This document shows, one piece after another, positions 1 through 8,520 of a stretch of DNA of 64,000 bases. The notes beneath the pieces were generated by a model. That model saw nothing but the letters and a program-made list of their open reading frames with translations. It searched no databases and was not told where the DNA came from. Source of the DNA: Abditibacterium sp. GTDB lineage: Bacteria > Armatimonadota > Abditibacteriia > Abditibacteriales > Abditibacteriaceae. Location of the stretch: NCBI GenBank assembly GCA_965246885.1, contig OZ251992.1, positions 256,001 through 320,000 on the forward strand, written 5' to 3'. Position numbers and translations under genes: made by a program. Position 1 is the first letter of the stretch. Every line of letters starts with the position of its first letter.

Positions 1-20
1 GACGCCGCTCGTCGCTTCGC

Positions 21-245
21 TTACGCTTTGAGGTGTCCCGCCAACAGCGTCTGGGCTTTCTCTGCGGTGGTTTTGGCCGCGTTCTGCGTTTCGCGGAAGA
101 ACTGCGCGCATTCGTTGTCGCCCGATTCCTCGGCGTCTTTGATGTAAGCATCGTAGCGGATGGTGGCTTCCGCCGTGTGGTGAATGACCGAAATCAGGTT
201 GTAGGCGATGTTCTGAATACCGGTTTCTTTTTGGTCTTGGTTCAT
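21..245 (-). CDS. small helical hypothetical protein (possibly ferritin-like)
   Basis: 74-aa ORF from ATG 245 (NQDQKETG...YNLISVIHH...YDAYIKDAEESGDNECAQFF); helical pattern with His/Asp/Glu residues; GGAG upstream. Confidence 0.65.
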   Translation of the reverse strand: MNQDQKETGIQNIAYNLISVIHHTAEATIRYDAYIKDAEESGDNECAQFFRETQNAAKTTAEKAQTLLAGHLKA

Positions 246-306
246 GATGGGTTGACTCTCCTGTGGACGCTTGTCCACCCCGCCCCAAGGCAAATTGGGC
301 GCCGCG

Positions 307-1452
307 TCAAGCGGTTTGCGCGGCGTTTTTGCGATTCGAGGGCAAGAACAAATCGGAGAAAGTCTGCGTCGCGAAGCGGTCGGTCATACCCGCCACGAAG
401 TCGCACACCTCGCGCGCCAGTTCGCTTTGCGTCAATTCGCCCCACGCCGCGCGCGGGCAGATGGCACCGCTCATGCGGTCGGGGTGGTTCATGAAGAACT
501 CGAACAGATGCCATATCACGTGGCGCACGCGCGGCGCTTCCTCGTCCATACCGAGCAGGTAAACGTGTTGGAACATCCAGTTCTTGAGGCCGTCGGTCGC
601 TTGCATTACGTCGTCGCTCATGGCGATGCGCTCGCTTGCCACGCGCTCGCCGTTCACCATCTCACTGGAGGCTTCGACAATGGCGCGCACCATGCGGGTG
701 ATGCGCGCCGCGCCGCGCTCGCCCAGAACCGCGATGAACTCGCGCGGCAAGTCGTCGTGCGTGATGATGCCCGCGCGCACGGCGTCGTCTATGTCGTGGT
801 TGACGTAGGCGACGCGGTCGCAGATGCGGATGATCTGCCCTTCCAAGGTCGCCGGTTTGCCGCGTCCCAGCCACAGGTCAAGCGACTGTCCCGCGTTCAA
901 ATCGTCCTTGCCCTTGGAGTGATGGAGGATGCCGTCGCGCACTTCCCATGTTAAGTTCAGCCCGCCGCCGTGATGCTCCAAGGTGTCCACAATGCGCAGC
1001 GAATGTTCGTAGTGCCGAAAGCGCGCGTCGGGGTCGAAGCGGCGATACGCTTCGTCGAGCGCTTCTTCGCCCGCGTGGCCGTAAGGCGCGTGTCCGACAT
1101 CATGCCCCAAGCCGATGGCCTCGACCAAATCCTCGTTGAGCCGCAAAGCGCGGGCGACGGTGCGCGCGATTTGGGTGACTTCGAGGGTGTGCGTCAAGCG
1201 GGTGCGGTAGTGGTCAAATTCGGGGGAGATGAAAACCTGCGTTTTGTGCTTGAGGCGGCGGAAGGCTTTGGAATGAAGGATGCGGTCGCGGTCGCGCTGC
1301 CATTCGGTGCGCAGCGCGTCGGGCGCTTCGGGGGTTTCGCGGCCTTTGGACTGCGCCGAACGCGCCGCGCGCAGGGACAGCGACTCCGCTTCGCGCGCTT
1401 CAAGCCACAAGCGCACGTCGGAAAGATCGGACAGAGATGTTGAAAGTTGCAT
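307..1452 (-). CDS. dgt: HD-domain dGTP triphosphohydrolase-like protein
   Basis: RDRDRILHSKAFRRLKHKTQVF, RTRLTHTLEV, GHDVGHAPYGHAGE, HDIDDA and DFVAGMTD motifs; start set to ATG 1452. Confidence 0.92.
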   Translation of the reverse strand: MQLSTSLSDLSDVRLWLEAREAESLSLRAARSAQSKGRETPEAPDALRTEWQRDRDRILHSKAFRRLKHKTQVFISPEFDHYRTRLTHTLEVTQIARTVARALRLNEDLVEAIGLGHDVGHAPYGHAGEEALDEAYRRFDPDARFRHYEHSLRIVDTLEHHGGGLNLTWEVRDGILHHSKGKDDLNAGQSLDLWLGRGKPATLEGQIIRICDRVAYVNHDIDDAVRAGIITHDDLPREFIAVLGERGAARITRMVRAIVEASSEMVNGERVASERIAMSDDVMQATDGLKNWMFQHVYLLGMDEEAPRVRHVIWHLFEFFMNHPDRMSGAICPRAAWGELTQSELAREVCDFVAGMTDRFATQTFSDLFLPSNRKNAAQTA

Positions 1453-1537
1453 AAGGGCGCCGGACGAACTTCTCTTCCTTAGTTTGCCCGTGCTTTCTTT
1501 AAGTCGTTTTAAAGTGGAGGTGCTAAACCCTTTCCCG

Positions 1538-2458
1538 ATGCATCGCAACTCGCTCCAATACTTCTCCGTCCTCGCGCTCTCCCTCGGCGCCCTCCCGACC
1601 GCGCCCGCCCTCGCGTGGTTTCCCCAAGGCCATTCCCTCATCGCGCAAAGCGCCGCCCACGCCGTGCCCGCCGACTTGCCGACGTGGTTCCGCGACGGGG
1701 CGGCTCAAATCGCCCATGACGCGCAAGACCCCGACATCCAAAAGAATCGCGGCCTGCCCCTCATGAGCGAAGTCGAGGCGCCGCGCCATTACATAGATTA
1801 TGAACTCTTGGAAGGCAACGCCCTGCCCGCGAGCCGCGCCGACTTTTACACCCTATGCGAGAAGTTGGGGCACAAACCGGGCGACGTCGGGGAACTGCCC
1901 TATTCGCTGCGGGAGTGGAGCGAGCGCCTTACAATGGACTTTGCCGAAGCGCGCAAATACCCGAACAACCCCTATATTCGCGCCAAAACCCTCGTGACGG
2001 CGGGCATTCTCGCGCACTATTCGGGCGACTGCGAAATGCCGCTTCACACCACCCTCGACCACGACGGACGCCACCTCGCGGGCGGCAAGTCGCCCCGCAG
2101 TGGCATCCACGCCAAAGTAGACTCGCTCGTCGAGCGAGTCCATCCCTCCCCTGCCGAACTCGAAACCGGCCAAACCCTCGCGCCCATCGACGACCTCTGG
2201 CCTGCCATTAACGCCGAAATTCTCGCTTCGCGCTCCCATATAGACGAGACCTACGCCCTCGCCCCCGACCTGCCGCCCGCCAAAGGCGCGTGGACGCCCT
2301 CGCCCAAAGTGCGCGCCTTTACCCTCGAACGCGCCCGCGCGGGCGTCAACTGGACAGCGCGCCTGTATGCATGGGCGTGGCACGAATCGGCAACAGTGGA
2401 ACTCCCCGGCTGGCTGCGCCGCGAGGAAGACCAAAACAGCGCGCCCGTCCAGCCATGA
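1538..2458 (+). CDS. secreted S1/P1 nuclease / Zn-phospholipase C-fold protein
   Basis: Signal peptide ending ALA-W; mature N-terminus WFPQGHSLIA; HYID, HYSGDCEMPLH and GIHAKVD metal-ligand motifs. Confidence 0.75.
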   Translation: MHRNSLQYFSVLALSLGALPTAPALAWFPQGHSLIAQSAAHAVPADLPTWFRDGAAQIAHDAQDPDIQKNRGLPLMSEVEAPRHYIDYELLEGNALPASRADFYTLCEKLGHKPGDVGELPYSLREWSERLTMDFAEARKYPNNPYIRAKTLVTAGILAHYSGDCEMPLHTTLDHDGRHLAGGKSPRSGIHAKVDSLVERVHPSPAELETGQTLAPIDDLWPAINAEILASRSHIDETYALAPDLPPAKGAWTPSPKVRAFTLERARAGVNWTARLYAWAWHESATVELPGWLRREEDQNSAPVQP

Positions 2459-2536
2459 AACTCCTTTGCACGCACCAGAGCTTCGCCCAAATCACGACTT
2501 CATCTGGTCACAATTTCACCCAAGCAGGAGTAAGGT

Positions 2537-3010
2537 TTAACGGCCAAAGTCAGATGGCAACGCGAAACTTCTGCCCGGCAACTTCGATTCGTCGAAGTAG
2601 ATATAGTGATAGGTGCGGCTCGCAAAAAGCCATTGGCCATTCACCCGTTGCAAGCGGTCGTCATACATGGCCACGTTGTTCTGGAAGGTCGTCCCGTCTT
2701 TGCCCTTGACCATTTCTTGAACCGTCCAGCGCCCGGTGGCGGTGTCGCCCGCAATTTGGACAGTTCCGGCGTGGGTCATTTGCGCAAACATCTCGAAGTG
2801 TCCGATCATCTCCTCGAACTTTTGCGCGATGTTCGCGGCTCCTTCAGCGTGGAAGGGGAAGGGGTCGAGAACGCGCCATTGCCCGTCGTCCGTCCACAAC
2901 TTTCCGAACGCTTGGAAGTCCCGCCGATTCGCTGCGTCCGAAAAAAGTCCGGCAAGATTGCGGATTGCCAGTTCGTCTTTAATCGCTTGGATTTCTTCTT
3001 CGATGTTCAT
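2537..3010 (-). CDS. SnoaL/NTF2-like domain protein
   Basis: DELAIRNL...DAANRRD...LWTDDG...GDTATGRW...YDDRL.RVNGQWLFASR pattern. Confidence 0.85.
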   Translation of the reverse strand: MNIEEEIQAIKDELAIRNLAGLFSDAANRRDFQAFGKLWTDDGQWRVLDPFPFHAEGAANIAQKFEEMIGHFEMFAQMTHAGTVQIAGDTATGRWTVQEMVKGKDGTTFQNNVAMYDDRLQRVNGQWLFASRTYHYIYFDESKLPGRSFALPSDFGR

Positions 3011-3110
3011 ATATGGTCTCCGTAGCCCACGCGCGCGATTAGCGTACCAACTCATTGTCAAGTATCGAGGCTTGTTCAACGAGGAAACCGGGTTGCCCGC
3101 AGGCGTTGAC

Positions 3111-3153
3111 AAAAAGCGCCGCTTGACTAGGGTCAAGCGGCGCTTCTTTTTTT
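3111..3153. terminator. bidirectional intrinsic terminator downstream of speD
   Basis: AAGCGCCGCTTGAC-N4-GTCAAGCGGCGCTT stem, with A5 on the left and a T-run on the right. Confidence 0.8.
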
Positions 3154-3173
3154 GTCTTCAATCTCTCGAAGGT

Positions 3174-3680
3174 TTAATTATGGGCGTGCCCGTTGGTCTC
3201 GTAGCCGTTGGGGTTGTAGCCATGCAGGGCGGTCGAGGGCGCGGAGGCGACGGCTTCGGCGCGCGTGATGTTCGGCGTGTAGGCGGTCACGTGGGGCGCC
3301 ATCGGCGCGGGAAGCATCGAAGTTTCGGTTCCGTATTCCAAGCCGCGTCGCAGGACGCAGGTCTCGACTTCTTGGAGGCCGAAGGCATCCATCAGGTAGT
3401 CGCAGGTGAGCGCGGGGTCGAACTCTTTGCAGGAGAACACGTCAATGGCGACTTCGCCGCGTTCGGGAAAAGTGTGAACGCTGATGTGCGATTCGGCGAT
3501 CATAACAAAGCCGGAGATGCCCCAGTCTTCGGGGGACACGCCGACATAGCGCGTAACGATGGGCGGCATGATCTTGGTCATGTTGATCCGACCGGGCAGG
3601 GAGTCGAGCAATTCGTAAAGAGCCGGTAAGTCCTGCAGTTTGTGCCAGTCGCCGCCGCGACCTTCGATGATGAGATGCAT
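3174..3680 (-). CDS. speD: S-adenosylmethionine decarboxylase proenzyme (pyruvoyl-dependent)
   Basis: MHLIIE start; GISGFVMIAE|SHISVHTFPE self-cleavage motif; DVFSC motif. Confidence 0.88.
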   Translation of the reverse strand: MHLIIEGRGGDWHKLQDLPALYELLDSLPGRINMTKIMPPIVTRYVGVSPEDWGISGFVMIAESHISVHTFPERGEVAIDVFSCKEFDPALTCDYLMDAFGLQEVETCVLRRGLEYGTETSMLPAPMAPHVTAYTPNITRAEAVASAPSTALHGYNPNGYETNGHAHN

Positions 3681-4090
3681 ATTCGTATCCGTCTCCCGAC
3701 GGTGTGGATGGGACGTTGTGGCCCCGAATCCTCTAACCAAAGCCCGACGATGGAATCCGCCTCAACTGCGCTGCTTGAATATGTTCAAGCGGATTGTTTG
3801 GAACCGGGCTTACCTCCTCGCGGAAAGGGAATCACCAAGTGCGGCCCGCGACCTCGCACCCGGCGTTTTGCCACCGAAGTGGCGCTGCTGTCGTCTCGCT
3901 CTTTTTGGGTTTGACCCCGGAAACCGGTGAAAAAAAGAGCCACACCAGAATCAGGACTAATCCCCGCTCTTGCGGATTAGGCCCCCAGTGTGACTGCCTC
4001 GAAGAACTCGCTTCTTCGCTTTTATCAGTTGTCAAACCCGCCAAAGCGGGTCGTTAGCGCATCTACCAACGCTTTGCTCAGCCCTCAGGT
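3681..4090 (-). ncRNA. candidate structured 5' leader RNA of speD
   Basis: About nine hairpins, including cUUCGg (3870-3883) and GNRA loops (3815-3824, 3689-3702); G-U pairs consistent with the minus strand; long stem followed by U7 at 3930-3995; possible promoter TTGAGA-N16-AATAAT at 4123-4096. Confidence 0.55.
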
Positions 4091-4169
4091 TTCGTATTAT
4101 TACTCGCCACAGGGAACTCTCAATTTCGCGCTTTGGAGCGCCCCCTCACCCCAATCGTCCCTTGAAACA

Positions 4170-7100
4170 ATGATTTGTCAAGGGTTGAACGCGCCCGTTT
4201 CCCTCGCCGGGGCGTGGCAATTGGAGCGCGACGCGGCGCAGTTGGCACGCGGTTTGGCGGCGTCGCGTGGCTGGGAAGCGGTCGCCGACGAAGCGCGAAC
4301 CATTGTGCGCGAGGCGGCGCTTTGGCCAGTCGCGGCGCGGGCGGCGTGGAGCGATGACCCGCGCGATTTGCCAATGTCCGAGGCGCTGCAAAGCGCGGCT
4401 CGCGCTCTCGACGGCTTCGCGGTTCACGCCACAAACGGCGGTCAAGCGGCGCGCGAAGCGGGATTGTGGGCGGCGCTCGCGTGGGCGCTGGGCGGCAATT
4501 TCCCGTCGGCGAGCGTAGCGCTCAAGCGCACCTTCCCCCGTTTGGACGGGCGCTCCTCGCTTGTGCCGCTCGCGTCGGGGCGCGGATGGAAGGAGGGCGA
4601 AGCGGCACTCGTGGCGGCGCTTGCGCCGGGAATGGCGCCGCTCGTGGCGGGGGATTCTCGCTTTGCTGCAAGGGTGGCGGCAGGCGCTTTGGAGGACGAC
4701 GACGAATGGCAGGAGGAGTTGCGCTGCGAACTTCCTCCCGCGTGGTTCGACGGAGCGCGCGCGGCGTTCGAGGGCGCGCGGTTATTATCCACGCATCGCG
4801 CGTTGGACGAGCGCGGCGGCGCCCTCGCGGGCCACGCATGGGCGCCCATCTTGGCACGGCGCATGCCGACGCTTCTCCCGCCTCAAAAGGTGGCGCTTGA
4901 ACGCGGCTTTTTGTCGTCCAGTGGCGGCGCGGTCGCGGCGCTTCCGCCGGGAACGGGCAAGACGTGGCTGGGTGAACTGTTCCTCTTCGAGTCCCTCGCG
5001 CGCGCCGGGAAGACACCCGCGCCGCTCGCGGTATTTCTGGTGCCTTATGTCGCCTTGGGGCGCGGGGTTGCGGCGGCGATTAAGCGGCACGCGCGCGGTT
5101 TAGGCGTCGAGGTGCGCGTGTGGCTCAGTGGCGAAGAGGACGAAGCGGCCCTGCCCGACGCGCCAACGCTCGTCGTCGCTACGCCCGAACGCTTCGACGG
5201 CGCATGGCGCGGCGAGCCGAAACTGTCCGAGCGTTTGTGCGGCGTGGTGGTGGACGAGGCGCATCTCGTTTCCGACGGCGCGCGCGGCGCACGGTTGGAG
5301 TCGCTCGTGGCGCGCGCACAGATGGCGCGGGTGCGGATGCTGTTGCTGTCGGCGGCAACGGGCGACGCGGCGGCGTTGGGCGCGTGGATTGGCGCACCGC
5401 CCGCGTTGCAGTTGCAAAGCAGTTGGACGCCAACGGCGCGGCGCATGGCGTTTTGGCGCGCGGATGGGTCGCTGGAATGGCACGGCGAACTGGCGGGGCA
5501 GGGCTTGCTGCCGCTTGGCGAAGCGCCGCTCCAATGGGCGCGCCGCGAACTGCGGGCGGGGAGTGGCTGGATGCACGGTCAGAAGCAGGAGCACTTGGTG
5601 TGGGGCAACGTCGCGCACCTCGCGCGCCTGCGGCACGAGACGTTGGGCGGCGCGGTCTTGTGCTTGTGCGCGACGCGGCGCGGGGTGCGCGGCTTGGCCC
5701 GCGCGCTCGCGGCGCAGTTCCCGGAGAAGGCGGAAGTCGGCGGCGCCTTAGCGAGTGCCATCTCGCTCATCGAAACGCGCCACCGCACCCTGCTTCCACT
5801 CGCGCGGCTTTTGCGGCACGGCGTGGCGTGGCACTCGGCGGCTTTGCCGTCCGACCTGCGCGCCCTCATCGAGCAGGCGGTGACGAACGGCGAAGTGTGT
5901 GCCTTAGCCGCGACGCGCACGCTCGCCGAGGGCGTGGATTTGCCTTGGAATCAAACGATTCTCGCGGACTGGCTGGCATGGGACGAGCGCGGCTGGCACC
6001 CGATGACGGGCGGTTTGTTCCGCAACATCGCGGGCCGGTGCGGACGCGCCGGAGCCTTCACGGAAGGCGACACCTTCGTCTTCGACAACCCCCTCGGCCC
6101 CGCCGCGTGGACGGCGCCCGACGTGCGGGCGGGCGTGCAACGCGCGCAGTTTCTCGCGCCGATGGATGCCGCGCCGCGCTCAGCCCTTGAAACGGACGGC
6201 GCCTCTCTTGATCAAATGACCGCGACACGCGCCGCGTGGGAGTCGGGCTTGATGGCGCTTCTCGCGTGGCACACATCAACGCGCGGCGCCTTGGAGTTGG
6301 CCGACCTCCAAGCCGCCTTTTATCTGCCGCGCCGCGACGGGGCGGCGTGGGAAGTGGTGCTCGAAACGACGCTGAACGCTTGGCTCACGGGCGATTGGGC
6401 GCGGGTGGATTCGGACGGCAAGTGGAGGGCGACAGCGCGCGGCTTGGCGCTCGCGCGGGCGGATGTGTCGCCTGCGACGGCGCAGAAACTCTTGCTGGCC
6501 CTCGCCTCGCTTCCGCGCCGCGCGCCGGGAACGGTCGAGGACGCCGCGAAACTCAACGCGCAGTTGTGGCACGCGCTCGGCGACGTGCCCGAAGGAAGCG
6601 ACAACGCCGCGTTATGGGCGGCGCGCTCGAAGTTTCCCGCCCGCTTGGACGACGCGGCGAATGTGGGGCGCGCGTGGCTGGAGGGCGTGCCCGTCGCGGC
6701 GATGTTCGCCGCCTTGCCGCGCGTGCGGGCGGCGAAGAGTTTCCCCGGCGACGCGGCGCTCCGCGCGTGGCTCGACGGCGAGGACGACGCGGGATGCGCC
6801 TTGGACACAGCCGACGCCGAGTGGACGGGCGGCTTCGACCGCTTCAGCGACTGGGTGCGCGCGGCACTCGGCTCGTGGACGCCGCGTTTGTGGCGGGCGT
6901 GCGGCGCGCTGTCGCCCCTCGTCGCGGCCCGCCCCGAACTGGCGGGATGGGAGTGGAGCCGCTTCGCCGCGCGTTTCGCGGGCGGCGTTTCAAGCGACTG
7001 GGCCGTCAACGCCCTGCGCGCGGGCGCTCCCGGTGGCCGCGAAACCCTTGGCGCGTGGGGCGAAGCGTGGCCGTTCCCCGTCACACCCGCCGACTCGCTC

Positions 7101-7265
7101 GCGCTCCTTCCCCTCGCCCGCGACGAAGACGAGGGCGCCCGCGAAGCGGCGGATGCTGCCTTCACGCAAACCCTCCACGCCGTCGGCGGCCCCTTTTGCG
7201 CGCGCGGGAGGAGCGTGGCGGCGCTCCGGGACTGGCTTTGGGCACGCGCGGGGGCGACGAAGTGA
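4170..7265 (+). CDS. large Ski2-like DEAD/DEAH-box helicase
   Basis: PPGTGKT Walker A, VATPER, DEAH, LSA, GVAWHS, TRTLAEGVDLP and GRCGRAG motifs; start uncertain. Confidence 0.85.
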   Translation: MICQGLNAPVSLAGAWQLERDAAQLARGLAASRGWEAVADEARTIVREAALWPVAARAAWSDDPRDLPMSEALQSAARALDGFAVHATNGGQAAREAGLWAALAWALGGNFPSASVALKRTFPRLDGRSSLVPLASGRGWKEGEAALVAALAPGMAPLVAGDSRFAARVAAGALEDDDEWQEELRCELPPAWFDGARAAFEGARLLSTHRALDERGGALAGHAWAPILARRMPTLLPPQKVALERGFLSSSGGAVAALPPGTGKTWLGELFLFESLARAGKTPAPLAVFLVPYVALGRGVAAAIKRHARGLGVEVRVWLSGEEDEAALPDAPTLVVATPERFDGAWRGEPKLSERLCGVVVDEAHLVSDGARGARLESLVARAQMARVRMLLLSAATGDAAALGAWIGAPPALQLQSSWTPTARRMAFWRADGSLEWHGELAGQGLLPLGEAPLQWARRELRAGSGWMHGQKQEHLVWGNVAHLARLRHETLGGAVLCLCATRRGVRGLARALAAQFPEKAEVGGALASAISLIETRHRTLLPLARLLRHGVAWHSAALPSDLRALIEQAVTNGEVCALAATRTLAEGVDLPWNQTILADWLAWDERGWHPMTGGLFRNIAGRCGRAGAFTEGDTFVFDNPLGPAAWTAPDVRAGVQRAQFLAPMDAAPRSALETDGASLDQMTATRAAWESGLMALLAWHTSTRGALELADLQAAFYLPRRDGAAWEVVLETTLNAWLTGDWARVDSDGKWRATARGLALARADVSPATAQKLLLALASLPRRAPGTVEDAAKLNAQLWHALGDVPEGSDNAALWAARSKFPARLDDAANVGRAWLEGVPVAAMFAALPRVRAAKSFPGDAALRAWLDGEDDAGCALDTADAEWTGGFDRFSDWVRAALGSWTPRLWRACGALSPLVAARPELAGWEWSRFAARFAGGVSSDWAVNALRAGAPGGRETLGAWGEAWPFPVTPADSLALLPLARDEDEGAREAADAAFTQTLHAVGGPFCARGRSVAALRDWLWARAGATK

Positions 7266-7338
7266 GAAGTCGGCGCCCACCGTTTCTTTGCGCGGCGCGC
7301 ACCGAAGGGGCAGCCAAGGGGGTCAAACTGGGGCGTTG

Positions 7339-8520
7339 ATGGCTGTTGCCCCCTCTCCCGTCGCCCCGACTTCGCTGGCGCCCGCGCATCGCGCGCCGCG
7401 CGGGTCGTTCTTTCGCTTGCACGCGCTCGACTTCGCCTATGCGCGCGAGATGCTGTTGCCGATGTCGCTCGGCCTCATCGTGCTCGTGCTGGTGTTGGCG
7501 GGGAACTTTGTGTATTGGGCGACTAACTCGGTGGTCAACCAAGGGATGAGTATCTTGCCCGTCCTCAAGCTGTTCATCCTTGCGGCGCCGGGGTTTGCGG
7601 TGCAAGGGATTCCGGCGGGCACCATCTTGGGGGTATGCCTCGTGCTCAACCGCGCGGTGCGCGACAACGAGATATTGGCGCTGCGCGCGGGCGGCGCGAG
7701 CCTACCCCGCATTGTGGTGCCGTTTCTGTTCATGGCGCTCGTCACGTCGGTCGCGGACTACGCCATTGTCGAGTATGTGTCGCCCATCACCAACGACCGC
7801 GCTCAGAAGACCTACACGCGCTTGATGAGCCAAAACGCCACGCCGTTCATTGACTCCGACCGCTACTTCAAAGCGGGGCCGTATCACTTCTATGTCGGGC
7901 GCGCGCAAAACGGGCGCTTGGAGAACGTGATGGTCTACAAGCAGGCCGACGCGACGCTGCCGAGTTCCGCTTCCAACGTGTATCCCGTCGTCATCATCGC
8001 CAAAAGCGCGCACGAGAACCCCGCGCACAAGGGGCAGTGGATTCTGGAGAACGGCTTTATTCACACCTACCAAGACAACGGCCAAGTCCAACTCAGTTCC
8101 CACTTCAATAGCACCATAATCAACATCGAGCAGGGGCTAAACAACTTTTTCGGCGAGCAGAAACAGGCCATGTCCCTCACGCGCGCCCAACTCGCGGAAA
8201 AGATCGCCGCCGAGCAGAAATCGGCGACCGACCAAGGGCAGCTAAACACCGACATGGTGGATTATTGGCGCCGCTTCTCGCTTCCCGCCGCGTGCTTTGT
8301 GATGGCGCTCGTGGCGGCGCCGTTGTCGCTCAAATACGCGCGTCACGGCTCGTTCGCGGGGTTGGTGGCGGCGTTTCTGCTCGCGTTCTTGTGGCAGGGG
8401 TTCGATGGCTGGTTCCGCGCGCTGGGCATCGCGGGCTACCTCACGCCTCTGGTGGCGGCGTGGGCGACGGACGCGCTTTTCCTCGTCGCGGGCGCGGTGC
8501 TGTTGGTGCGGGAACGATGA
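7339..8520 (+). CDS. lptF: LptF/LptG family permease
   Basis: Three N-terminal TM helices, DNEILALRAGGASL motif, periplasmic domain, RFSLPAACFVMALVAAPL and C-terminal TM helices. Confidence 0.85.
   Translation: MAVAPSPVAPTSLAPAHRAPRGSFFRLHALDFAYAREMLLPMSLGLIVLVLVLAGNFVYWATNSVVNQGMSILPVLKLFILAAPGFAVQGIPAGTILGVCLVLNRAVRDNEILALRAGGASLPRIVVPFLFMALVTSVADYAIVEYVSPITNDRAQKTYTRLMSQNATPFIDSDRYFKAGPYHFYVGRAQNGRLENVMVYKQADATLPSSASNVYPVVIIAKSAHENPAHKGQWILENGFIHTYQDNGQVQLSSHFNSTIINIEQGLNNFFGEQKQAMSLTRAQLAEKIAAEQKSATDQGQLNTDMVDYWRRFSLPAACFVMALVAAPLSLKYARHGSFAGLVAAFLLAFLWQGFDGWFRALGIAGYLTPLVAAWATDALFLVAGAVLLVRER

Noticed and set aside
307..2458. dGTPase plus nuclease as an anti-phage pair
   Set aside because: The dGTPase looks like the short housekeeping type, and the nuclease-like protein is secreted and divergently transcribed.
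3832..4044. 70-aa leader peptide ORF upstream of speD
   Set aside because: Non-ATG start, no RBS and no telling composition; the region is better explained by RNA structure.
3681..4090. SAM-I riboswitch, tmRNA, RNase P RNA or SRP RNA
   Set aside because: I could not find their hallmark sequences (SAM-I AUC..AGAG/GCAACC core, GAGGAAAGUCC, SRP GGAA/AGCAG loop, tRNA-like ends); kept as an unassigned structured leader.
4170..7265. Complete Hachiman or other defence system
   Set aside because: No HamA-like or other partner gene adjacent; the flanks are housekeeping genes.
6463..7338. Long N-terminal extensions in the ORF track (lptF, and likewise dgt, HAD, GHMP, uxaE)
   Set aside because: They overlap neighbouring genes or intergenic DNA and have no domain content; starts were moved to downstream codons.
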